Source: Rhynchobatus australiae (taxonomy: Eukaryota). Taken from it: a stretch of DNA of 64,000 nucleotides. A model generated the notes under the pieces. That model was not told where the DNA came from and did not search any database. It saw only the letters and a list, made by a program, of their open reading frames with translations. The first letter of the stretch is position 1, and every line of letters starts with the position of its first letter. The stretch lies in NCBI GenBank assembly GCA_034780895.1, contig JAUZTB010000069.1, forward strand, positions 5,825,870-5,889,869. The letters are read 5' to 3'. Both the position numbers and the translations under genes were made by a program. This document shows positions 40,985 through 53,750 of the stretch, piece by piece.

Positions 40985-42450
40985 TGGTAACACTCCCCCC
41001 CCCCGTAGCCTCTGGTAAACGATGTTAAGAGTTCTTGATCACATCTCGTCTATTTCCAGCTCTCAACCTTTATGTCCTTGGCCAGAACAGAGGTGGAGTT
41101 TCCCTAATTCTCACCTCTCACCCCCTTTTAGACTTCATGGATCATCCTTTGCAATTTCTGCCACTTTCAACAAGTCTCTACCACCAGACGCACCTCCCCC
41201 TGGTCTCCCTTTCACCAACCTGAAGGGACCATTCTTTTTGTGACCCCCTCCAGTCCGCTCTCTCACCTCCACCAGGTACTCTCCACAAAGGACTTCCCCG
41301 TGGAACCACCAGTAAAGCAACAGTTGCTCCTTTACCTTCTCCCACCCCACCATCGATCCAAACAGTCCTTCCGGGTGAGGCAATGATTTGTGGACTTCTT
41401 TCAATCTAGAATGTTGCACGTGCTGCTCACGATACGGTTCCTCCACCGGACTGGGTCACCACTGAGCTTCCAAGTTGCCTTCACTGTGATGCTCCATCCA
41501 GCTCCCACTCTGATCTCTCCTTCTCCTGCATCATCCCCAATTAAGCTTGAACAGCACCACGTCTTTCACCTGGGTAAGTTCCAGCCTTCTGGACTCTATT
41601 GAATTCAACTATTTAAGGTGACTGTGTGTGTGAGATAGTTGTACAGTATGGACAAAGGCCTTTCAGCCCATTCGTGTCCATGTCGACCAAGATGTATATT
41701 CAAGCTAATCCCATTTCCCAGCACATGGCCCATATCTGAACCCTTGTCATCCACGTACTGTCCATATACTAAAGTGTATCTCGTGTACCTGTCTCAACCA
41801 CTTCCTCTGGCAGCTGGTTCTATATGTCTATCGCCCTCTGTGTTTGTGAATATATCAATGTATTTAAAAAAAAATTAGTTGCCCCTCAGTTTCTTATTAA
41901 ACCTTTCACCTCTAACCTTAAACCGATGTCCTCTAGTTTGATTCCCCAACCCTGGGGATAAAAGACCACTTAACCTATCTATGTCCCTCATGGTTTCATA
42001 TACCTCTATGAGATCACCCCTCAACCTCGTACGCTATAAGGAGTAAAGGCCGATCCTTTCTGACTTCTCCCTATAACAGTCCCTCAAGGCCTGACAAATT
42101 CCTAGTAAACTTTTTTGTATTCTTTCCAGTTTAATCACTTCCTTCCTATAACATGGTAACCAAAACTGATTTCAGTACTCCGAGTGTGGCCTCACCAATG
42201 TCTTGTATAAGTGTGTGTGAACCTATCCATCTATTAACCAAATGACCAGCGATATTTCCTTTATCTTAATCATCTTCCTCCCACCCTCTCTACAACTTAA
42301 AACTGGCTTTTTTTTCCCCCATTTTCCCAATTCAAGTGAAGAGTCTTTGACCTGAAACATGAACCCTTTCTCTTTCCCCAGGNNNNNNNNNNTGTGGCCT
42401 GACCTGCTCTTTGATTTTGTTTCAGAGTCCAGTATCTGCTTTTTTTTTTT
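40985..42450 (+). mobile_element. Penelope-like element remnant (GIY-YIG C-terminus plus terminal repeat) interrupted by a CR1 insertion
   Basis: ...KLEQHHVFHLGKFQPSGL...IEF at 41540-41610; terminal-repeat-like sequence resumes at 42221. Confidence 0.7.
41634..42210 (-). mobile_element. CR1-type LINE 3' fragment with 10-bp flanking direct repeat GTGTGTGTGA
   Basis: Similar to the CR1 copies at 40423 and 48756; GTGTGTGTGA at 41624-41633 and 42211-42220. Confidence 0.8.
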
Positions 42451-45400
42451 GCCTTTTGTTTCTCCTTGTGATATCACACTGTGATCATGTTAAAATTTTA
42501 AGGATTTAAAACCCAAGGAATGCTCCCCAAACCAGACAGTGGAGTCTGCATCGATGCATGAAATTGAACTTCACAGCATCATGAAAACCTGTTTTACTTC
42601 CAAACATCCCGTACATGTTTGAATGACGTGGGGGGGAAGAATATTGTTGGAAATGTTTTAAACCCCTTTGACTTGTGTCTGTTTTCTACTCATTGTACCT
42701 CCAATGGTTCATATTTTCTGTAATGTCCTGTCTGTAATGAAATCTCACCGACTACAAGCCTGTGCTTCCTCTAATCGGCCATATTCAGTGGTTTTCAAGC
42801 AATGGTGCAGAAATAAAATGTTGCAGATGTTGGAAATGTGAAATAAAAATAGGGAAGGTTGGAAGTACTTTGCACACAACACTACACACCTGTTTAAGCA
42901 TTGCAATTTGCTGCTCTCTAACTTAAATTTACATTTTTATGGTGGGGAAAGTCAGGTCATCAACTTGAAGTGTTAAGTCTGCATCTCACTCACTCTTGAC
43001 CGTCTGAGCATCTCCAGTATATTCTGTTTAATCAGTCTGCTTTCCCCATTCTGAAGGTATTAATCTTTTCGTGACTCCCAAGTCCATTCTTGCCCCTTCA
43101 CAATCCAGTCCCCTTCTCATGGGACTTTCCAATGGAAACTTCTATTCCTTGCCACCATCCAGGTGAACCAAACTTCCTTAGTGAAGGAAGTGATTCATGT
43201 GTCATTCCTCTCTAACAGCTTACCCACCACAGACGTGAGACTCACTGGCCTGTAATTCCTTGGACTATCCCTACTGCCTTTTTTGAACAAGGGGACAACA
43301 ATCCTCCAGCACCATCCCTGTCGATGACGAGGACTCAAAGATCCTTACCAGCGGTTCAACAATCTCCTCCCTCGCCTCTCGAAGCAGCCTGGGGAATATT
43401 CCGNNNNNNNNNNNNNGTCTTTTATCGGACCCACCTTTCCCCTAGCCATCCTTCTACCCTTTGTGTTCTCATAATTCAGCTAGAGCTAGTGAATCTCCTA
43501 AAATATTTAAGAATGGTGAAATCAGATCCCAGGTTAATGAGGAGAAAATAATTTGTCAAGGCTCCTGCTTGTTATCTCAGCCTGACTCCACACAAGGCCA
43601 CTGGGTAAGGAGCGGATCACATTTAGTTACAATGCTGTGGAGAGTGTCAGTCTTGCCTTTTAATGCCTTCGTTGAAACCTTCGAGGGAACTTGTGGTCAA
43701 GTCGAATTTATTGTCAGGTACATAAGTACAGTGAGGTGCAGATACTCTCTCTCTATATTTTATATAGAACCATCACAGCCATGTGGATTTGGCCAGCACC
43801 TGAATTATTCATGGCGTTGTACATAAATTATACCAGACGGCGAAGAAAAAAAACGCAAGTCCATGAGAGTGCAAGAGGTGGTGTGTAGTGTTGCATCGCT
43901 GAGGTGGGGGTTAAAGTTGTGCAAGAACCTGATGGTTGTGGGGCAGTAGCTGTTCCTGAAGCTGGTGGGGTGTCATTCCCTTCAAGTATCCCCTTTGGTC
44001 CCAGGTCCACTTCCTGAGTCTGGACACCTGCTGTCTGATGTCTCTCTATGATAAATGTTGGTGCATGGTCTTGTGGAGGGTGAAATGGTGTTAGTGGTGT
44101 GTACTGAGGGAAAAGTACATTGAATGATTGTACAAGTTTAATTCTACCCCTTCACTCAATAAAAAATAAAGATTATGGGTAAAAGTTCTTCATACAAAGA
44201 GTGATAGCTCTTTGACCTAAAAGAAAATTAGAAACACTTTGGTGCAGTGGATGAATTCTGAATGTCACTTCATTTCTTTTTGCCCTTCCTGTCCATGTTC
44301 TTGGGTAGATATTCTTCACCAACCTTGGTCTATTCCTTGAACCTACTATTACTAAAGCAATGGGCAGGCTTCCACAATTCCAACACTGGCTCTCCTCGCT
44401 GTTTCAGGCTTTGAAGTAGTTTTCATTTTATTACAATTGCAGCAAACCGTGAAGATAATTATAGACTTGGGAAGGTTCTGGGCCATCACATGGCAGATGA
44501 AATTTAACAGTGATTAATTTTAGTTGCAAGTATAAGCCTTCCCCCATCACCATCCTGTGATATGAGGGCGACCAAGAAATACAAAGAGGTTATTGGATGA
44601 GGGAGATTGACTCCGGAGCCCCACGCCCAACCAGCAGAATAACCAACATCAAAGTAGATGCTGGAAATTGGAAATAAATGTGTTGGATGGACTTGGTGAA
44701 TCAGTTGCAATATTAAGGCAATAATGTAATTGCTAATCTTTGAAAGGTGGAAACATTAACTTCCCATACTCCCCCATTCTCCACCCCACCCCCCCAGTAC
44801 ATGGATTTGTGAGACGATTTGCAGCTTCCTGCTTGTAACTTGCCCTTCATCACAACCTGCACCATTGAGCTTTACCCGCACACTAAGACCCATGCCCCCT
44901 TCTGCACTCCTCGGTAAGTGAAGCATGCGGCAAGACCTAGATCCAGACACCTAACCACCTACTCTTGACGTTCTCTACAGGGGCCCTGGTCATCAGAATC
45001 AAACCAGTGAACATCTCAGGGTGTCTGTGTAGTTTTTATTGTGACTTTGAGTCTGTTTTGGAGTAGAATGTGTGCAAAGATTTGGTGCCTAAGGGAGTTT
45101 AATCCCCCAGGTCCACCTTCCCATGCTTCATCCAAAGACCGTCCGTCCATCATAAGGTCAGAAGTGGGGATGATTAGACCATGTTCAATTCTATTTGCAG
45201 CAACTCAGGAGATGAGGTAGTCCATACCCGCCGTGCAGTAAAACTGAGGAGATACTCTGCCAATGGCTGATGAGTTGCAGGTGATTTAACCCAGGAAATA
45301 ACCACTCTCAGGAGAATGTCTAACCACCTACCCTTGACGATTCAATGGCACTGCCACCTCATCGTGCCCCACCATCAACATCCTGGCGAATCACCATTAG

Positions 45401-48400
45401 CCAGAAACTTAACTGGACCAGCCACACAAATACTGTGGCCACTGGAGTGATATCACCAGTGCTGTCTCTGGGGAAAATCCTCCAATCTACAGGCGGGTTA
45501 AGAGAACCAATGTCAGTGTCCTCTCCTGGGCCACGACCTCAGCATTGAGGCCCAGTTTACACTCAGCTAGCTCTGGTGGGCGGAAGGAGCGTAGAACATC
45601 CCAAACAGCTCCCCTGGCCCAGGTGGCAGAGTGTAGGGATTCAGCCATCTCAGAGCCTACTACACTGGTGTGGAAGCAAATCACCCTTGACCTAAGAAGA
45701 AAATATAAAAGCATTGAAACGTAGAAAAATAGAAGCAGGAACAGGCCACTTGGCACTTCAAGCCTGCTTCTTCATTCAATATGGCTGGTCCTCTCTCTCA
45801 ATACCATATCTCTGCACTCTCCCTATACTCCTTGATGCCTGTTTTGCCTTTGATAGATTTCTGTCTTAACATTCAGCAACGTGGCCTGCACAGCTTCTGA
45901 GCGAGAGAATTCCACTAATTGTGAATTTTGCGTTTGCAAAGTTAAATATCAGGTTGTTACTCAGTACTCAGTTTACTTTGCAAGTACGTCGGTAATGATA
46001 AACTGCAACAGTCCGGGAACTGGACAGTGGGACTTGCCTGAACGGGTCTTGACTGGCATCAACATGATTTACCAAAAGGTCCCCTCTGGTTCCATAAGCA
46101 GGTTTGCAATACCTGCAACCTTTGAAGAGATCTTTTGTCTTTATGGAACATTTTTTTTCTGTTCAGTGAATCTCAGCCAAGAACTAACCCTGTTGAAGTT
46201 TAGATATTCACTGTCACATTGTCTTGCACAGCAACGTCCAGTTAACCTGGTTAGGTGTTGCTGGCTAGCGGAGTATCTATTGGTTGTGGATAAATTTTTG
46301 AAAGATCTGGGAACTGAGGGCTGTGGGGAACTGGCACAGCAGAGGAGATGAGACCTGGGACAGATTGGCCGTGACTATAATGAATGGGGCAACAGGTCTA
46401 CAGCTCCTATTTTCATATGTCGGGTTATCCTCTGGCTCGATGACCAAACCTTGGAATGACAACTCCAACAGAGGAAGTGGTTGAGGCAGCTACAATGGTA
46501 TCATTTAAGCAGCACTTGGATAGGTACGTGGAGGGGCAGGGCTTGGAGGGATATGGGCCAAACGCAGGACATTGGGATGAGCTGGGTGGGCACCGTAGTC
46601 GACGTGGACTGGTTGGGCCGAAGGGCCTGTAGCCATGCTGTTGCTCTATGACACTGACACTATGGCTGAAGGGTAACCCCTTCACAGCACAGCCCTCCCC
46701 TGCACTCTGCCCAGGAGTCAGGTGGGATTCTCAGGAGGACAGTGGTGCTGGTGTCACCGGACCAGCAGCCAGACCTCTGGGTCACTGATCCAGTCACATG
46801 AGTTCAAATCCCAGCAGGGCAGCTGGAGATTTTAAATTCACTTGATTAAACAAAAACTGAAATTGTCCATCCTTACCCGACTCTGCTCCCACTGATAGAT
46901 TTCTATCTTAAGAATGTTCAGCAGCTTGGCCTCCATGGCATTTTGGGGAGAAGATTCCATTAATTTTGTGTTTGCAAAGTTAGATTTCAGAGTTTGGTTG
47001 TTACTTTAACAGCCTCTAGAGGGGTAATTCAGAATGGAGAATGATCGTTGATGTTCCTGATGTTCTTCGCCTCTCATCAAGAGTGCGTAAATTAAAATAA
47101 GATCCATAAACTTCCATTACAAAACAAGGCAGCGTAATGTTTCAGCTGCAAGTCGTCTTCATACAGCAGACTCTTGCTCATCACCAGAAGGTCCCAGCAA
47201 GACAACCGGAGGTCCCAGTTAGCTGTATCTACTCGTTACCTGATTTAGTGTCAAACAACATCACACACAGTTTCTCTAATGAGTGATGCTGCCCACGGTG
47301 CTCTGTGTGGACTGACACTGGTTTCAAAGGCAACAGTTATTTTTAACAAAAGTTATATCATTTGCTTTTTAATCAATTTAGATTTACTATTGGAATGACA
47401 GCAAACATTGCTATTCCTGACACTAAAAGAATATGATTAAGCTTTGCTAAATTTAATCAAATGTCACATTGCTTTAACGGTTTACACAATCAGTGGCACT
47501 GTTGAAGTTCCCCCTGCTTATAATGGCAAGCCACTTCACAGTACCCAGGCTGTTGATTGGTAAATCACCCTCAGAAGCAGACAACTCCAGCAGTAAAACC
47601 TTTCAGGGATTAATGCAGAGGCAGCAACAGTGTAATTAATCCATTGAAATCACTTTGTTGCAACCGCAATTGTCTGCATTTTTAATGTCACAAAATATGC
47701 TACTTGCATTTGAAAGCAATCGATTAAAACTTTTAAACACTCTTCCCCAATCCCCACTTCTAATTCCACGAGCAGCAGATGAAATGGAATCTTGACCTCA
47801 CAATCTACCTTGTTATGACCTTGCACCTTATTGTCGACCTGCACTGCACTTTCTCTGTAGTTGTAACACTTTCACTCTGCATTCTGTTATCGTTTTTACC
47901 CTGTACTTCCTCAATGCACTGTGTGATGAATTGATCTGCACAAACAGTATGCAAGACAAGTTTTCCACTGTACTTCAGTACATGTGACAATAATAAACCG
48001 ATTTACCAAGCCATCAGTCCTACACTTCTGCTCTGCTTCACAGTTGGATCATGGCTGATCTCTTACCTTAGTCCCACCCTCCTGCACTGACCCCCATATC
48101 CCTTGACCTCCTTGGTAGATTTTTAGACATTAATCTCCGTGTTGAATACACTCAGCATCTGAGCTTTCTCAGGTGGACCGTTACTCTCACTGCTCTCTGG
48201 GTGAAGAGATTTTTCTTTCTCATCTCAGTTCTGAGTAGTTGACCCTTTATTTTGAGACTCTGATCTCTGGTTATAGGCACCCCAGATAGGCAAAACATCA
48301 GCGCTTCATCTACCCCGTCAAGGACCTTGAGAATCTTGTACCTTTTCATTTGTCTAAACTTGGGAGTATAGGCACAGACTGCTTAACCTCTCCCCATCTG

Positions 48401-48755
48401 AGAAGCCTGGTATCCCTGGAATCAATCTGGTGAACCTTCACTGTGCTCCCATTGTTCAAATGTACCCTTCCCTAGGGTGGCGGAACAGCCCTGCAGACTA
48501 TATTTCCACATGTGGTCATGACTGTAAATAATTGGCCTTGTATTCGGAACTCATCCTTTCTTTCCTTTATTCATCTGGATGTTGACAGTGAGGCCAGCGT
48601 TTATCACGTGCCGTACCGCCATGAGAAGGTGATCCCACATTGCTGTTGGGCAGACAGTTCCAGGACTGGTGATATAAGATCAGGCTTGCGCACAACTTCA
48701 AGCAAGGTGAGCAGGTGGTGATCTTCCATGCGTCTGCTTCCCTTGTTCCTGGTCG

Positions 48756-49545
48756 TAGAGCACTACAGCACAGAAACAGGCCCTTTGGCCCATCTAGTCC
48801 ATGCCGACCTGATCTGCCTAGTTCCATCTCCCTGCACCCAGACCCTATCCCTCCAAACCCCTCCCATCCATGCACCTATCCAAACCTCTCTTATAACTGT
48901 TACCAGTGAACCCACGTCCACCACTTTCATTGGCAGCTCGTTCCACACTCGCATCGCCCTCTGAGTGAAGAAGTTCCCCGTCAGATTCCCCTTGTATATT
49001 TCACCTTTCACCCTAAACCCATGTCCTCTAGCTCTTGTCTCACCCAACCCGAGGGGGGAGAAAGCCTGCATGCATTCACCCTACCTGTACCCCTCATAAT
49101 TTTGTATATCTCTAAGATCTCCCCTCATTCTCCTGCACTCCAGGGAATAAAGTCCTAACCTATTCAACTTATAACTCAGGTCCTCAAGTCCCAACAGCAT
49201 CTGTGCAAATTTTCTCTGCACTCTTTCAAGCTTATTGATATCTTTGCTATAGGTGGGTGACCAGAACTGCACACGATTCTCTAAATTCGGCCTCACCAAC
49301 ATCTTGTACAACTTCAACGTAACATCCCAACTCCTGTACTCAGTGCCCTGATTTATGAAGGCCAAAGTGCCAAAAGCTCTCTTTACAACCCTATCTGCCT
49401 CTGACACCACTTTCAAGGAACTATGGATCTGTATTCCCAGGTCCCTCTGTTCTACTGCACACCTCAGTGCCCTACCATTGCATACCCTACCATACCAGTG
49501 TAGGTCTTACCCTGGTTTGTCCTCCCAAAGTGCATCACCTCACAC
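48756..49545 (-). mobile_element. CR1-type LINE 3' fragment
   Basis: ORFs 49081..49416 (LKLYKMLVRPNLENRVQFWSP...ERVQRKFAQML) and 48763..49071 (RARGHGFRVKGE...FFTQRAMRVWNELP). Confidence 0.9.
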
Positions 49546-49852
49546 CATCAGATTTGGAACTGTCGGAATTTCTGAACAATGGGATGATGGATTATCGGAG
49601 TTTTATTGATCTCCTTATGTGGTTTAGGACTAAATCATGTTTGATAACTTTCCTGTGAAGCACCTTGGGGAGTTTTAAGACACTTTATGAATGAAGTTAG
49701 TTGCTGAAACTTCACTTCAAACATTATTCACTTTGTTTTTGACTGCATGAAGTTTCTTAAACATGCAATAGTAACTTAGTACAAAATAGTTTCTCATTCA
49801 TAATTTTCAAAAATTTTGCAATTTCTTTTTGTTTTGAATTACACCATTGCAG

Positions 49853-50033
49853 AGATAACAAGACATACCTGTATATACAAATGAAGTTGTACGAGAACAA
49901 CTTAAAAGAATGGATAGAAGAGTACCAAACTGGTCAGCCGCAGCAGAAAGAAGTTTCCTTGGACATAATGCGTCAATTATTAGATGGAGTTGAATACATT
50001 CATCAGCAGGAAATGATTCATCGAGACCTGAAG
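49853..50033 (+). CDS. Orphan eIF2-alpha kinase (PKR/EIF2AK2-like) exon, kinase subdomains V-VIb
   Basis: T-rich tract then cattgcAG; 181 nt, phase 2 to 0, stop-free: DNKTYLYIQMKLYENNLKEWIEEYQTGQPQQKEVSLDIMRQLLDGVEYIHQQEMIHRDLK; donor GTCAGA. LYIQM and IHRDLK are eIF2-alpha kinase hallmarks. Not called in the ORF track. Confidence 0.85.
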
Positions 50034-51199
50034 GTCAGACCACTGAGATTGTGATTCATGGTTGATTATGGTCAAGTTTAGATTACAGGAAGGTTTGTCC
50101 ACTCCTTTCTGAGTACTCACTCCCCATTCCTCCCACACCACCAATGGTGGCTGTGCCCTCATCAGTTTAGGCTAACGTTTCACTTTTGCAAACTCACAGC
50201 AAGTTAATCCCATCAATACCTTCCCTCTGCAACACTCTTACACACACACTCTCTTACACACACTCTTACACACACATACACCTTAACTCAGGGGGGTGAC
50301 AGGCTTTACCCTAACGCGCGCATCTTTGGGATGTGGAACAGAGAGAACATGCAACCTCCACACTGACAGCAGCTGAGGCCAGGATCAAACCCACATCTCT
50401 AGAGCTGTGAGGCAGCATCAAAACCTACTGTGCCACTGTGTGGTGCTCCATAGTCTTGGCTGTCCCTTCCTCTCTGTGTCAGCGCTCCCAGCCTGCAACA
50501 CTCGGCAGTCTCTGCATCTCTCTAACTCTGGCCTTGGCACCAAGCTCTGGAACTCCCTCACTAAACCTCTGCCTCAATATCTTACTGCTCCACTCCTCGA
50601 AACCAAAGCCAACCTTTCCTAATGTCCCCCTTCTCTGTAACCATCTGCAAGTCTACAATCCCCCTCACCCCTACAACCTCTTCAGTCCCTCCAATTCTGG
50701 CCTAAGCACATCCCGATTTCCCTAAATCTCCAGCTTTCCCATCTCTTTCCTCCTGTAACAACATTCCTAACTCTGAAGAAGCCTGGTTATCTAGCTAATA
50801 TCAATCTATATGCAGCTTGGGTTAAAGTTCATCTGTTAATGCAGTCTGGAGAAATGATGTGCTATATAAATGCAAACTGCTGTTGTTACACAGCAGGGCA
50901 CAGGGAAGACCCTCGCTCTTCACAGCCCTGTTCCTGTCTCTTGATTAGATTTGAAGGGTTCAGTGAGAGTAATTCACAGCTCTCACGGCTTGTAGTTCCC
51001 CCCAGTCCAGTCAGAGTTTGTTCCCCAGGGTTCAGTCAGAGGTTCACCTGTTGCCCAGAGGGTGGGGCAGTTCCCGGGTTCAGTAAGTTTGTCTGTACTG
51101 GAGCACAATACTGGTGGGGACGAGTCTGTCGCTGTAGAGCGCTGGGGTACAGCACTGCTGGACTGATGGAGTGGGTTAGATTATCCAGGCTTTTGTGAA

Positions 51200-52612
51200 C
51201 AGAGTCACAGTGTTATACAGCATAGAGACAGGCCCTTTGGCTCAACTCATCCATGCCCACTTAAGCTAGTCCCACTTGCCTGTGTTTGGCCCGTATCCTC
51301 CCGAACCGTTCCTGTCCACATACTTATCCAAGCGTCTTTTAAATGTTGTTATCGTACCCACCTCAACCACTTCCTCTGGCAGTTTGTTCCATACACTCAC
51401 CACCCTCTGCGTGAAGAAGTTGCTCCTCAGGTCCCTCTTAAATCTTTCCCCTCACCTCCTAGTTTTTGGTTCCCTTCCCCTGGGAAAATGACAATGTGTG
51501 TTCACCCTACCTATGCCCCAAATGATTTTATACACCTCTCTAAGGTCATCCCTGGGTCTCCTATGCACCACAGAATAAAGTCCCAGCCTGCCCAACCTCT
51601 CCCTATATCTCCAACCTTTGAGTCTTGGCAGCATTCGTGTAAATCTTCTTTGCACTCTTTCCAGGTTAGTGACATTCTCCCTATTAGAAGGTGACCAAGA
51701 CTGTACACTGTACTCCAAGTGCGGTCTCACTAAACATCTGGTACAACTGCAACATAACATCCCAGCTTCTGCACCCAGTGCCCTGCCTGATGAGGGCCAG
51801 TGTGCCAAAAGCCTCCTTCACCGCCCTGTCCACCCGTGGTGCCACTTTCAGTGAACTATCTCGGACAGCACGGCGGTGCGGCGGTTCGTGTGACGATATT
51901 ACAGCGCCAGTGACCCGGGTTCAATTCCGGCCGCTGTCTGTAAGGAGTTTGTACGTTCTCCCCGTGTCTGCGCGGGTTTCCTCCGGGTGCTCCGGTTTCC
52001 TCCCACNNNNNNNNNNNNNNNNNNNNNNNNNNNNNNNNNNNNNNNNNNNNNNNNNNNNNNNNNNNNNNNNNNNNNNNNNNNNNNNNNNNNNNNNNNNNNN
52101 NNNNNNATGGATCCGTATTCCCAGGTCCCTCTGTTCTACCGCACACCTCAGAGCCCTACAATTCACTGAACAAGTCTTACCCTGGTTTGTCCTCCCAAAG
52201 TGCACCACCTCACACTTGTCTGCATTAAATTCCATCTGCCATTTTTCAGCCCATTGTCCCAGCTGGTCAAAATCTTGCTGCAAGCTTTGATAGTCTTCCT
52301 CGCTATCTACTGTGCCCCCAATCTTGGAGTCATCCACAGATTTGCTGATCCAGTTTACCACATTATCATGAGCAACAACAGACTCAGCATTGATCCCGGA
52401 GGTGCACCACTAGTCACAGGCCTCCAGTCGGAGAGAACCATCTACCACCACTCTCTGGCTTCTTCTGCTAAGCCGATGTTGAATCCAATTGGCTACTTCA
52501 TCCTGAATGCCAAGCGACTTAACCTTCTGGCGCAGCCTCATGTGCAGGACTCTGTCTGCACGGACTTTGGCAAGGCCTTTGACAATGTCCACTGTCTCTC
52601 CTTCATCAACAG
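51200..52612 (-). mobile_element. CR1-type LINE (RT to 3' end) with nested SINE
   Basis: ORFs read LVRPHLEYSVQSWSP...ERVQRRFTRMLP and WAEKWQMEFNADKCEVVHFGRTN. Confidence 0.9.
51863..52006 (+). mobile_element. Young HE1/V-SINE inserted into the CR1 copy (3' part lies in the gap)
   Basis: Near-identical to the 34891 copy; it splits the CR1 sequence gaactat^ggatc, which is intact at about 49419-49430. Confidence 0.85.
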
Positions 52613-52614
52613 AA

Positions 52615-53750
52615 GGTCGTGGTACGGGAGGTGAGGGTTGTCTGGGTGAGTAACTAGAATGCATTTTGTAAACGGTACCCACTGCAGTCACTGTGTGTCT
52701 GGTGGAGGGAATGGATATTTAGGGTGCCGATCAAGGAGGCTGCTTTGGTTTCCAACGTCTTGAGCATTGTTGGCTCTGTACTCATCCAGGCAATTGAAAA
52801 GGATTCTATTGCACTTTAGACTTGTTCCTTGTAGATGGCAGAAAGAACCTGAGGTGGCAGAAGGTGAGTTACTCGCCATTGGATACCCAACCTTTGGACC
52901 TGGTTTTGAGGCCTTGGTATTTATGTGGTTGATCCAATTGAGTTTCTGGTCGACATGGTGATGCCATTGAATGTCAAGGATCAGTAGTTAGATTTTGTCG
53001 TCTGGTGCTCTTGTAGCATGAATGCCACTGGCTGATTATCAGCCAGGCTTGGATTTTCCTTCATATGCTGAGGTGTTGTGAATGGAATTGAACATTGTGC
53101 AGTCATCAATGAACACCTCCACTTCTTACCTCGTAAGGGAAGGAAGGTCATTGGAGAAACAGCTGAAGATGGTTGGGCTTGGACCCTCCCTGAGAAACTC
53201 CTGCAGTGATATCCTAGGGCTGTATGATGGACCTCCAACATGCCTGACCATCTGCCTTGTGCAAGATATGACTCCAGTCATTGGATGTCAAAAGGAAAAC
53301 ACTTCAATGACTTCAGTTTTACCAGGGCTCCTTGATGCTAGACTTGGTCAAGTGCTGCCTTAATGTCATGGGGATTTGCTCTTGCCTCACTTCTGGAATT
53401 CAGCTAGGCCCATATGTGCACCAAGGCTCTGATGTGGTCTGCAGCCCAGTGATCCTGGCAAGTCCTAAATTGGGCCTTGGTGAGTAGGTTTTCAGTGAGT
53501 GAACGCCACTTGATAGCACCGTCGACAACTCTTAAATCATTTTGTTGATGACTTTGAGTAGACTCATTAGACAGTAATTAGCTGGATTGGATTTGTCTTC
53601 CTTTCTGTGAATGGGATGTCCCTGGGTAATTTTCCAAGTTGCTGGATACTTGCCAGTGTTATTACTGAACACCTTGGTTAGAGGTGTAACTAGTTCTGGG
53701 GCACAGGTCTTCAATACTACAGCTGGGATATAATGTGGTCCCATCACCTT
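52615..53750 (-). mobile_element. Old non-LTR retrotransposon RT fragment (CR1/L2 group)
   Basis: ORF 53532..53888 reads ...IPAVVLKTCAPELVTPLTKVF...WKITQGHPIHRKEDKSNPANYCLMSLL, the LINE RT N-terminal motif; a related piece lies at 45140-45440 (+). Confidence 0.8.

Noticed and set aside
45881-46351. 156-aa ORF
   Set aside because: GTG start, both ends overlap CR1 tail remnants, and no recognisable domain or splice context.
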